Below the pieces are notes generated by a model, which was not told the origin of the DNA, did not search any database, and worked only from the letters and a program-made list of their open reading frames with translations. The translations under genes and the position numbers were made by a program. This document shows, piece by piece, positions 1 through 8,090 of a stretch of 29,154 nt of DNA. This stretch comes from a virus. Taxonomy: Duplodnaviria; Caudoviricetes. Numbering within the stretch: the first letter of the stretch is position 1; each line of letters starts with the position of its first letter. The stretch spans positions 1 to 29,154 of IMG/VR virus record IMGVR_UViG_3300025671_000362; one strand, 5' to 3'.

Positions 1-24
1 AAGAGAAACTGTTTAGGAGGGACG

Positions 25-216
25 ATGTATTTAATGACGCTACATGGGACTACCAGGCGACCATTGAGTGAACGACTGCGAGAGAGGTTGGACAAGCTGG
101 ATTCAAAACCCAGCATGTTGTTCTGTGGGCAGTGCGAAACGCACAAGCCCAACCGTATGCCGTACTGGAAACCAGGCCATGCTCGATGTCGTCACTGTGA
201 AAGGATTAAAGGATGA
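25..216 (+). CDS. Small putative zinc-ribbon protein
   Basis: SD AGGAGG at 15-20; CGQC...CRHC pairs; ATGA overlap with the next gene. Confidence 0.65.
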   Translation: MYLMTLHGTTRRPLSERLRERLDKLDSKPSMLFCGQCETHKPNRMPYWKPGHARCRHCERIKG

Positions 217-398
217 GCTACCCGCACACGGGGAATCGACAGTGCCGCAACTGTCGACACTACAAGACTGCGGGGAACTTCAGACTGCCCTCCTCTTATA
301 TCTGGGGGATGTGTGGAGTGACTGGGGCAGATGAAGCACCCTTGCACTCCTGCGGATTTTGGGAGTGGGACGAAAACAGGAAGGAGAAGAAGGATTGA
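213..398 (+). CDS. Small Cys-rich hypothetical protein
   Basis: CRNCRH...GMC...HSCGFW pattern; coupled to neighbours at both ends (ATGA, TTGA). Confidence 0.65.
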   Translation: MSYPHTGNRQCRNCRHYKTAGNFRLPSSYIWGMCGVTGADEAPLHSCGFWEWDENRKEKKD

Positions 399-1510
399 GC
401 GAGAAGCGATGGAACGCTCCCAGAATCTGTGTGATGTGCGGAATGAAGTACATCCCTTTAGTAGCACGACAAAAAACCTGCGGAGAGATCTGCAGCAGAG
501 AATACAAACTAGAGCAGGAAAAACTGAAGTATCGGTCGGTCAATCCGAAACCGTGCATCGTCTGCAAAGAAATATTCCAGGCAGATCGACGAGCAAAAAC
601 CTGCAGTGAGGAATGCAGTCGCAAATGGCGGAACAGAAGGATTGGGAGAAAGTATCCACCCAAGAATTGTGTCGTCTGCAAGAAGGAATTTTACGGCAGT
701 CCTCGCGCAATCACCTGCAGTGCTGAGTGCAGTTATCAGTCGAAGTTAGAGAGAGCAAGGTTGGGGTTGTATCTAAAAGATCGACCTCCGAAACCTTGCG
801 AAACCTGCGGAACGATCTTTAAACCCAAGACACTATCCCATCGATTCTGTGGTCGAAAATGCTGGGAATCGAACCCCAGAAAACCTCCCCAGATTGTGGC
901 CTGTCTGCAATGTGGAAGTGACTATACGAAGATCAAAAGCCACCAGAAATACTGCTCTCCCGATTGTTTTGAGGAAGCAAGAAAGGAGAGAGCACAGCGA
1001 ACTAATTGGAAAGTCCGTGGGGTTCCAGAGAAGAAGGTGGTGAAGTGCAAGTCCTGCAACTTCCATTTTGAACAGAAGCACTCCCGCCACGTCTACTGTT
1101 CCGCAAGTTGTAATTCGGATGCCCAGCGAGAACGAGGACGACTGGCAACCCAGAATTCTCCGATTCGACCAAAGAAGTGTCTGCACTGCAAAGGGGAGTT
1201 CAAACCCAGAACTCGGAAGTCGATGGCAAAATTCTGCAGCCATGCTTGCCGAGGTGGGTATCAGGTAGGAAAGAGGCAGGAGAAGATTGACGAGCTCGAG
1301 AAGGAACAGAAGAACTTGGTTGAGCTGCAGAAAAAATGGGACGACTCATCGATTGAGATCCGAGATTGTCCTCCAGACACGGCATATGCCAAGGAGATCT
1401 GGGCCTATCTGAAGAAGGGGAAGACGATCACTCGGTACCTGCACCCGATTTGGGCAGTAGGCTCGACCATCAATGAGGAGGAAGAGGAACTGATTGAATT
1501 AGAAATTTAA
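395..1510 (+). CDS. Tandem zinc-finger protein (7 CxxC-x13/15-CxxxC treble-clef-like repeats, coiled coil, small C-terminal domain)
   Basis: Repeats CVMC..CGEIC, CIVC..CSEEC, CVVC..CSAEC, CETC..CGRKC, CLQC..CSPDC, CKSC..CSASC, CLHC..CSHAC. Start moved from 359 to TTG 395 (AGGAG at 382-386, overlaps the upstream stop). Confidence 0.8.
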   Translation: MSEKRWNAPRICVMCGMKYIPLVARQKTCGEICSREYKLEQEKLKYRSVNPKPCIVCKEIFQADRRAKTCSEECSRKWRNRRIGRKYPPKNCVVCKKEFYGSPRAITCSAECSYQSKLERARLGLYLKDRPPKPCETCGTIFKPKTLSHRFCGRKCWESNPRKPPQIVACLQCGSDYTKIKSHQKYCSPDCFEEARKERAQRTNWKVRGVPEKKVVKCKSCNFHFEQKHSRHVYCSASCNSDAQRERGRLATQNSPIRPKKCLHCKGEFKPRTRKSMAKFCSHACRGGYQVGKRQEKIDELEKEQKNLVELQKKWDDSSIEIRDCPPDTAYAKEIWAYLKKGKTITRYLHPIWAVGSTINEEEEELIELEI

Positions 1511-1511
1511 C

Positions 1512-1630
1512 GGTGCTGGGCAAAGTGGTTAGGGGAGTCCTCCCAAAATAAAATCCCCGCATTCATGTGCCACCTAATCAATACGGGGGTTTTTATAGTT
1601 TTCTCCCCCTACGATCTCAGCACCTCCTAA
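1512..1630 (+). ncRNA. Putative multibranch structured RNA with anti-SD-like loops
   Basis: Closing helix 1512-1520/1616-1624; inner helices 1526-1531/1575-1580, 1532-1536/1554-1558 and 1585-1589/1605-1609. G-U pairs favour the + strand. Confidence 0.45.
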
Positions 1631-1640
1631 CCCCACTGAT

Positions 1641-1845
1641 CTGCATCAGGCCCATCCTGTGGGTCTGGTAGAGACCAGTGAAAAGACTGCAAATCGAGAG
1701 ATGAAATCACGCTATATATCTCTCCAGCATTTTGCTGTCGTGCGCAGGAAATCTGTGAGGCTCAAGACAGACGGGTTTCTTTGAGGTTCTGCAGTCCAAA
1801 CTGATGCGGCTTACTTCGGACTTAGGCTCAAGGTGCTGGTCTCTG
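1641..1845 (+). ncRNA. Putative pseudoknotted structured RNA / leader of the replication operon
   Basis: Helices 1641-1649/1801-1809 and 1669-1679/1835-1845 (crossing), 1685-1691/1790-1796, 1696-1702/1718-1724, 1725-1729/1733-1737 and 1746-1756/1771-1781. Confidence 0.55.
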
Positions 1846-1866
1846 TTTCAACTGTTTTGGTGAATC

Positions 1867-2781
1867 ATGCGAATTCAATCCATGTGGTCTCCTGAACGGG
1901 GATGGCTCTGGTGGAGTCCACGAAAAAACGATTACACGATTCCGCACCTCAAGGATGGCAAGGTCTGGAATCACAATCAAAAAAGGTACGAAATGCTGGA
2001 ATACATCACAATGGGGAGGATGGACCTACCCTGGAAAGTTTTGATTCATGGACCACCAGGTGCGGGGAAGACCACACTGGCAAGCACCTTCCCCAATCCT
2101 GTCTTTGCAGACATGGAAGGATCTTCTGAGCGTTATGATGTTGCTCGGATTGATCTGAGGGATGTCCCGTTTGAGGTGCTTGATCCGAAGACCAAGAATC
2201 CAATCACACCAAAGCAAGATCCTGCCGTTTCTTCTGTCATGAACTTCTTGCGGACCCTGGCATCTCCCAAATCCAAACATGAATACAAGAGTCTGATCAT
2301 TGACACCCTGGACTGGCTGGAACCAAAGATCTGGGAGCATACCTGTCAAAAGATGGGGATTGCCTCAATGGAGACCTTGAACTACGGCAAAGCCTATGTT
2401 GAGGCAGACAAGGAATATGATGCCTTTCAGGGTGCCTTAAATTATTTGATGACTGCCAAACAGATGAACATTGTGGTCCTTGCCCATACGAAGACGAAGA
2501 TTACACAGGACAAGGACATGAATGAGATGCAACGGCATGACATCAAACTGCAGAATCGGGCATCTGCCAAGTTCGTTGAATGGGCCGAGGTCATTGGGTT
2601 TTTGACCTATGACACCTTCCTGTCGAAGAAGAATGGGAAGGAAACCGCAAAGCATACCGGAGACCGAATCCTGATTGTGCAGGAGGACGGACAGTATGTG
2701 GCAAAGAACCGATTCGGGTATCAGGGGGAACCCATCAAACCAGTAGATTACGACACACTCCGAGGAAAACTCTATGGCTAA
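1867..2781 (+). CDS. Sak4-like AAA ATPase (single-strand annealing recombinase, AAA_24-type)
   Basis: Walker A HGPPGAGKTT, Walker B LIIDTLDWLE, VLAH motif, C-terminal YVAKNRF; followed by an SSB-like gene as is typical for sak4. The real start may be ATG 1993 (MLEYITMGR, AAGGT upstream). Confidence 0.85.
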   Translation: MRIQSMWSPERGWLWWSPRKNDYTIPHLKDGKVWNHNQKRYEMLEYITMGRMDLPWKVLIHGPPGAGKTTLASTFPNPVFADMEGSSERYDVARIDLRDVPFEVLDPKTKNPITPKQDPAVSSVMNFLRTLASPKSKHEYKSLIIDTLDWLEPKIWEHTCQKMGIASMETLNYGKAYVEADKEYDAFQGALNYLMTAKQMNIVVLAHTKTKITQDKDMNEMQRHDIKLQNRASAKFVEWAEVIGFLTYDTFLSKKNGKETAKHTGDRILIVQEDGQYVAKNRFGYQGEPIKPVDYDTLRGKLYG

Positions 2782-3403
2782 ATCATTATTCAATGCTGCA
2801 AATCATGAGATCAGTGAACGGGTTCTGAAGTCAGGGAACTACCTTGCCAAGATCACCAGTATTGAAGATCAGGAGAAGGGCAGAGGGAATCAGTTTGTAC
2901 TCAAGTTCCTTGCCCCAGAGGGTCAGATCCGCCAGGGGTTCTGGTATGACCATGAGGTCGAAGCTGCAGAAAGAATTGGAAAGAATGATCTGAAACGAAT
3001 CTGTATCTACACAGGCAATCGAGACATTGATCTGCAGGAAGACCCCAGAACCTGGGAACCTCTGAAGGACAAACCGATTGCCATTGCGGTGCGGAGACAG
3101 AAGGACAAGGAAGGGAACTGGGGAACGTACACCAAGGATGGGGTTACCTATGACTCGTATGAGATTCAATTCTTTGCCTCTTCCAAGGAAGAGTTGCCGA
3201 GTTATGACCCTGATTTTGATGAGGAGGAGGATGAAGAGGATGATGCTCCTGCTGTCAAAACTCAGACACCGGATGTCGATCAAATCATGAAAAACGTTTC
3301 CAGAGGAGGCAATCATGAGCCAGCAGGATTCCACGCAGATCCACCAGCCGGAGCACCGAACCCAAAGAAAGAACCCGAAGTCGAAGATGATGTACCGTTC
3401 TGA
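2774..3403 (+). CDS. Single-stranded DNA-binding protein (DUF669-like)
   Basis: Directly after the Sak4-like gene; N-terminal GNYLAKITSIE; acidic linker; SSB-type C-terminal tail EDDVPF. Confidence 0.78.
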   Translation: MAKSLFNAANHEISERVLKSGNYLAKITSIEDQEKGRGNQFVLKFLAPEGQIRQGFWYDHEVEAAERIGKNDLKRICIYTGNRDIDLQEDPRTWEPLKDKPIAIAVRRQKDKEGNWGTYTKDGVTYDSYEIQFFASSKEELPSYDPDFDEEEDEEDDAPAVKTQTPDVDQIMKNVSRGGNHEPAGFHADPPAGAPNPKKEPEVEDDVPF

Positions 3404-5681
3404 CCATCGGATTACTCGCTTTGAAGGAGTCACCGATACCCTGAGTGTGTCGGATGAAACCCTCTGCAGTTTTGTGGAGATCGTCCGGTCAGGTAGTTTT
3501 AAGGACAGCAGAGGGGTTCCGCAACGGTTTGGGAAGAAGATCATCAAACTGCGGGGGTATCTGGAGTCTGGGGAGAAGAAGACCTACGACACCAACAAGA
3601 AGAAACTGCTGGGGGTGACTTTGACCGGAGTCTTCCGTGAAGGAAGGCATGACCGCGACCTGACCGACTACTCTGGTCTGGTGCATGTTGATCTGGACAA
3701 GCTGACCGTGGAACAGGTGCAGTCGTACCGAGAGATTCTTGAGAAAGATCCCTTTGTCCTGGTGGTCTTTGTCAGTGCATCAGGGAGAGGGTTGAAGGTG
3801 ATCTGCTGGCATCCTCTGGGGTCAGAGTATCATGAACAGGTGTACTGGATCTTCCGCAGTCATGTCCAGCAGTTGGTGACATGTCACGATGAGGCCATTG
3901 ATGATTCAGTACGGAACCTCTCCCGTCTGTGCTTTGTCTCCCACGATCCCAGTGCCTACCTGAACCTGGAGGCATCTCCGATTGTTTCTACAGTTGAGGA
4001 TCTGGGAGAGATGGACTTCCGTGACATGTCACAGAAGGAGGAGGAGAACCCTGAACCTCCGAAACCGGAAAAGAAGTCCAAGTCTCTCTTTGATGCTTCC
4101 AGACATACGATCTTTGATGATGGGAAGTCTTATGAGAAGTATGGTGCTGCTGTCCTTGATGCTGCCTGTGACATGATCCGTGCTGCGGCACCAGGGCAGA
4201 AACATCAGACCCGTCTGTATCGGGCAAGGACAGTGGCTGGATTTGTCTCTGGGGGATACATCGAGGAGTCCGTTGCCTTACAGAGACTGATCTCTGCAGC
4301 TCTCGACAATACTGATGACCCCAGACTCGCAGAGAAGGACATTCGGGATGGGTTTGAACATGGGAAACGAGAACCTCTGGAAGTTCCTGATCCTGATCCG
4401 CAGTTCTTTAGTGGAGGATTTGGCAAAGGTGGGGAAGAAGGTCCAAAGGTCCGACAGGCTGATCCAGACATGGATGAGAAACTGAAGAAGGTTAAAGGGG
4501 TTGCTGAAGAGTTTGCCGAGGGTTCTGCAGAAGGTGAGGAGAAATTCAAACGCAAGAATCCCTTCATTCTGTTAAGGGACTTCCTTACGGATGTGCGGCC
4601 TCCTCAGTATCTGGTGCAGGGGGTTCTGGAAGCCAATTCCTTTGTGACCTTGATTGGAGAACCTGCTTCTGGGAAGTCCTTCCTTGCCATCGATTGGGCC
4701 TGCTGTATTGCTTCAGGACATGACTGGCATGGAAGAACTGTCAAGCAGGGTTCTGTGATCTACATGGCAGGAGAAGGTCAGGATAATATGAAGAGTCGAT
4801 TTTTCGCCTGGAGAGATCGGTTTGGCAAGAACCCACTGGATCAAATCCTGATGCGTTTGGATAGTCCTATTCTGAACAATCAGGAAGTTGTGCAACAAAC
4901 CTATGAGGATCTGCAGGAAGCCATTGAAGTCACCGGACCACCAAAACTGATCGTGATTGATACCCTGGCACGACACTACGGGGGAGATGAGAACGATACC
5001 CAACAGATGAATCGGTTCGTCAACTGCCTGCAGGTCCTGCGTTACGAATACCAGTGCTCTGTGCTGATTGTTCACCATGTGGGGAAAGATAAAACCAAGG
5101 GAGGTCGAGGATCTTCTGTCCTGCATGGTGCTGTCGATGCCTCCTATATGACAGAACGCACCAATGATCTCAATGATCCCAATGCTCCCACCAAACAATT
5201 CCGACTGAAGAACATTAAGATGAAGGATGGAACGGCACCGAAAGATCAGTTTCTGGATCTGATGGGGTCCAAGGTTCATCGTCTGGATGGTCATCCTCTG
5301 TATTATGATGATGGGGTGACTCCTGTTACAAGTTGTTACCTTTTACCGAATGAGGAAGCTGCAGAAAGTTTTGAGGGGTTTGAGGCTGGAGGGAGTTCAC
5401 AGGGAAAGAAACCGAAGGAGATTGAGATCAAGGCGTTTGAGGCATTTTTAGAACTGTGGGAAAAAGGGAAGGAAAACCTATTAGAATCCGGTGGAAGTCT
5501 GCAAGATTTAACGGTTGATCCAGAGGACTGGTCGAGCAAATGTAAATCACCAAAATATAATTTATCTCGGTTTAATGTGAGTGATATTCGGAACAATAAA
5601 CGAAGCGCATTTAATTACTTTCATTCTAAGGTAATTGTGGATAGAAAGCATATGATTTTGAAGGAAACTAATGAGGTGTAG
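3315..5681 (+). CDS. Primase-helicase fusion (BT4734/VirE-N-like primase domain, helical domain, RepA/AAA_25-type helicase)
   Basis: GLVHVDLD, VSASGRGLK and SRLCFVSHD in the N-terminus; Walker A GEPASGKS, Walker B LIVIDT, VHHVGK..RGSS. SD GGAGG at 3305-3309; alternative start 3387/3390. Confidence 0.88.
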   Translation: MSQQDSTQIHQPEHRTQRKNPKSKMMYRSDHRITRFEGVTDTLSVSDETLCSFVEIVRSGSFKDSRGVPQRFGKKIIKLRGYLESGEKKTYDTNKKKLLGVTLTGVFREGRHDRDLTDYSGLVHVDLDKLTVEQVQSYREILEKDPFVLVVFVSASGRGLKVICWHPLGSEYHEQVYWIFRSHVQQLVTCHDEAIDDSVRNLSRLCFVSHDPSAYLNLEASPIVSTVEDLGEMDFRDMSQKEEENPEPPKPEKKSKSLFDASRHTIFDDGKSYEKYGAAVLDAACDMIRAAAPGQKHQTRLYRARTVAGFVSGGYIEESVALQRLISAALDNTDDPRLAEKDIRDGFEHGKREPLEVPDPDPQFFSGGFGKGGEEGPKVRQADPDMDEKLKKVKGVAEEFAEGSAEGEEKFKRKNPFILLRDFLTDVRPPQYLVQGVLEANSFVTLIGEPASGKSFLAIDWACCIASGHDWHGRTVKQGSVIYMAGEGQDNMKSRFFAWRDRFGKNPLDQILMRLDSPILNNQEVVQQTYEDLQEAIEVTGPPKLIVIDTLARHYGGDENDTQQMNRFVNCLQVLRYEYQCSVLIVHHVGKDKTKGGRGSSVLHGAVDASYMTERTNDLNDPNAPTKQFRLKNIKMKDGTAPKDQFLDLMGSKVHRLDGHPLYYDDGVTPVTSCYLLPNEEAAESFEGFEAGGSSQGKKPKEIEIKAFEAFLELWEKGKENLLESGGSLQDLTVDPEDWSSKCKSPKYNLSRFNVSDIRNNKRSAFNYFHSKVIVDRKHMILKETNEV

Positions 5682-5787
5682 GCGTGTAGGCGAGTGTAGG
5701 CGGCCTACATCGGCCTACATCGGTTCAAGTGTAGGCGAGAGTGTAGGCGCGGATGGCCTTCTGGAAGAAGAGGCCAACCGCCTACAT
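5676..5787. repeat. TGTAGGC iteron-like cluster, probable replication origin
   Basis: GTGTAGGC at 5676, 5684, 5694, 5729 and 5741; inverted GCCTACAT at 5703, 5713 and 5780; begins at the primase-helicase stop codon. Confidence 0.75.
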
Positions 5788-5842
5788 CTCGACTCACAGA
5801 ACTTGGGACATTTTTCCATTCAGGATGAAGGAGAACAGGAAA

Positions 5843-6505
5843 ATGATTGAAAAAGGGATGAAGCATAACGAGATCATCAATGTCATTGCTGGAGCATTTG
5901 AAGATCATTTTGTTGTAGAAACGAATGTCCAGGGTTGGTCGCACTATCGAGGTAGTCGTGTTAGTTGTCGTGCAGATTTGATGTTGTATGATCGTGCAAA
6001 TGGTTTTCTGTTTGGTGTTGAAGTGAAAAATTTTTATACGTTCAATCGAGAATGGATGAAGGAAGCAATTGAACAGATGATGAGTTACAACAATGCGGCT
6101 TTTAAGATGCCAAACCATCTGAACCGTCCTCTGCATCCTCATGCCTTCTTTCTGGCCTCACCACTGACGAACTACTGGACTAATACCAATTTAGATGATC
6201 CGCAGAGTACCTGGTTCTCTCCACTGGAACTGCTGCCTGGGGGTTTGGGTCTACTGCAGATGAAAAGTATTGTTTTGGACCCAGAGAAACCTGCCAAGAC
6301 ACTGCTGGATCTGCGGCTGATGAGTGACGAGCAAATCTGGAGCAGCAAGCTGGGGTATCATGTCAATGTCGATGATCTGCTGAGTCCGCAAGTGGGATCA
6401 CAGAAGGTCATGCATGAGGCAGTAGGGATGAAACTGGAGGGGGATGAATATCGGAAGAATACCTCTCTGAGTTCTCAGAATCGTTGTGAGAAGGTTTTTA
6501 AGTGA
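5843..6505 (+). CDS. Putative PD-(D/E)XK nuclease-fold protein
   Basis: E..V, RADLMLYD, GVEVK and EQMMSY motifs. Start set at ATG 5843 (AGGAG at 5829-5833) rather than 5753, which lies inside the repeat cluster. Confidence 0.65.
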   Translation: MIEKGMKHNEIINVIAGAFEDHFVVETNVQGWSHYRGSRVSCRADLMLYDRANGFLFGVEVKNFYTFNREWMKEAIEQMMSYNNAAFKMPNHLNRPLHPHAFFLASPLTNYWTNTNLDDPQSTWFSPLELLPGGLGLLQMKSIVLDPEKPAKTLLDLRLMSDEQIWSSKLGYHVNVDDLLSPQVGSQKVMHEAVGMKLEGDEYRKNTSLSSQNRCEKVFK

Positions 6506-6536
6506 TGGTTGGTGGTTCGGTATGGGTGGGTTTGAA

Positions 6537-6572
6537 AAATGCCGATAATTTGGATTATATTGATTATTGATA
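6537..6572. promoter_or_regulatory. TAAT-N4-ATTA / 9-bp-period site, copy 1 (upstream of the terS operon)
   Basis: AAATGCCGA TAATTTGGA TTATATTGA TTATTGATA; palindrome at 6546-6557. Confidence 0.6.
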
Positions 6573-6585
6573 TATTGGAGATGTT

Positions 6586-6966
6586 ATGTCGTCAGATGAT
6601 GTGTTTTCAGCAAGAGATGCGTTGAATGTTTTGCAGTCCATGAAGAAGATGCAAGATGATACATTGCCCAAACTTATACCCTATAATCATTTGTTCCCAC
6701 AATGTCTGTTTTGCAAGTTTTGGAAACGTGGACTCAAGCAATTGGAGAATCCTACAGATATGGAACTCAATCGATTAGGTCAATGTCGTAGACATGCGCC
6801 CACTGCAAGTGTTGTCGGTAATCTTGACATGGAGCAAAGAGATCATTCTTTGTCTTTGTTCCCAATCACGAAGGATGTCCATTGGTGTGGGGAGTTTGAG
6901 AGAGGATTCCATGTACGACATATCAAAGCCAAAGATGATTTTGATCATCGCATTAGAGAAGAATAA
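6586..6966 (+). CDS. Hypothetical metal-binding phage protein
   Basis: SD GGAG at 6577-6580; CLFCKFW...GQCRRHAP...FP.T...WCGEF four-Cys pattern. Confidence 0.75.
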   Translation: MSSDDVFSARDALNVLQSMKKMQDDTLPKLIPYNHLFPQCLFCKFWKRGLKQLENPTDMELNRLGQCRRHAPTASVVGNLDMEQRDHSLSLFPITKDVHWCGEFERGFHVRHIKAKDDFDHRIREE

Positions 6967-7412
6967 TGACTGCACCCAAGAAATCTAACCGGAAATATTC
7001 TGATGAGGATGTCGAAGCCTTCTGTAATCACATTGCCGATGGCAAGAGTCTTCAGGAGACTGCAGATCTCTATGGCATGACGAGGTATGCACTCTACCAA
7101 GTGCTGAACCGGAATCATCAGGAACGTTATATGTCTGCTCTCAACGAGAGGGCAATGCGCCACGCAGAACACATTGAGTATCTTGCCAAAGAGTGTGAAC
7201 AGGGACGGATTGATCCCAGAGCTGCAGATGTTTCGATCCGTGCCAGACAGTGGATCTGTGCAAAGTATCATCCTGAGTTCCTTGCCGAGCGAATGAAGAA
7301 GGATGTGAGTGTGGAACACTCGATGAGGAAGGAACACTTGGACACCATGAAGAAGATTGCCAAGAGAAAAGCGGAGATTGAACACAAGTCTGAGCAGATG
7401 CCCAAGGATTGA
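6966..7412 (+). CDS. terS: Terminase small subunit (Sf6 gp1-like)
   Basis: N-terminal HTH YSDEDVEAFCNHIADGKSLQE, helical middle, IRARQWICAKYHP motif; lies upstream of terL. Confidence 0.8.
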   Translation: MTAPKKSNRKYSDEDVEAFCNHIADGKSLQETADLYGMTRYALYQVLNRNHQERYMSALNERAMRHAEHIEYLAKECEQGRIDPRAADVSIRARQWICAKYHPEFLAERMKKDVSVEHSMRKEHLDTMKKIAKRKAEIEHKSEQMPKD

Positions 7413-7721
7413 GCAGATGCCCGTTAACATTACGCACACCTGATCATACGCACATGCTCGACATTAAAACTATTATTTATCTGACAATGATTCCTGTCAC
7501 AAAACCTAGTGTTTTGATTGATTCCTCGCTAGACCAGTAAACATGGGGGTGTGAATGTTTACTAATTATAAAAGTATACATTGGGACGGGCCAGAGCGCA
7601 ATTTTCGCAGACCCCCCCAGGGGTGGTCGAACCGAGGGGGTGGTGCGTGGGCGCACCCCTCCACTTCTCCACCCGATTCTCAGAACCCCCCGTACCCCCT
7701 AGAACCTAGAACGGCACCCCC
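7391..7721. other. Structured non-coding spacer after terS (candidate packaging/terminus or promoter region)
   Basis: Direct repeats TGAGCAGATGCCC (7391, 7410) and TACGCACA (7431, 7447); inverted repeat AGTAAACAT/ATGTTTACT at 7536-7563; GC-rich nested hairpin at 7621-7674. Confidence 0.45.
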
Positions 7722-8090
7722 ATGCTAAAAATTTTTAAAATTTCCCCAGTTGCCAAACCCAGGATGACCCGCAGAGATGTCTGGGCCAAGCGGAAGGTCG
7801 TCATCCGGTACCGTGAGTTCTGTGATGAACTGCGGAGTCAGGCAGAGGGTTGGGAACTACCGGATGCTTTCCGTGCGAGGTTCATCGTGCCAATGCCCAG
7901 CAGTTGGTGCAAGAAGAAGAGACTGCAGAAGGTTTCAACCCCGCACCAACAGAGGCCCGATGCAGACAATTTGTGCAAGGCCTTGATGGACGCACTGCTG
8001 AAGGAGGACTCAACGGTCTGGAAACTGGAGATTGAGAAGATCTGGGGAGAGGAAGGTGCAATCATCATTGACGATCTACGAGACCAATAA
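7722..8090 (+). CDS. rusA: RusA-family Holliday junction resolvase
   Basis: PVAKPRMT N-terminus; catalytic RPDADNLCKALMDAL..ED; C-terminal KIWGEEG. Confidence 0.87.
   Translation: MLKIFKISPVAKPRMTRRDVWAKRKVVIRYREFCDELRSQAEGWELPDAFRARFIVPMPSSWCKKKRLQKVSTPHQQRPDADNLCKALMDALLKEDSTVWKLEIEKIWGEEGAIIIDDLRDQ

Noticed and set aside
1512-1624. tRNA
   Set aside because: Multibranch fold, but no TTCRA T-loop, no 7-nt anticodon loop and wrong arm lengths.
1508-1783. Tiny ORFs in the intergenic region (19 codons on minus, 21 and 27 codons on plus)
   Set aside because: Very short with no recognisable motifs; the dense G-U-containing pairing explains the sequence better. Not fully excluded.
1641-1845. 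HDV-like ribozyme
   Set aside because: The helix order resembles the HDV nested pseudoknot, but the P3-equivalent is a 7-bp stem with a large multibranch insert instead of a 3-bp stem with a short loop, and I see no P1.1. Kept only as an unclassified structure.
5676-5787. CRISPR array
   Set aside because: Repeats are only 7-8 bp, in both orientations, without spacer-length unique sequences; no cas genes.
5753-5842. N-terminal extension of the nuclease ORF from ATG 5753
   Set aside because: Starts inside the repeat cluster with no SD; a better SD precedes 5843.
6506-6530. G-quadruplex-like GG tract (TGGTTGGTGGTTCGGTATGGGTGGG)
   Set aside because: Mostly two-G runs, single occurrence, no supporting evidence.
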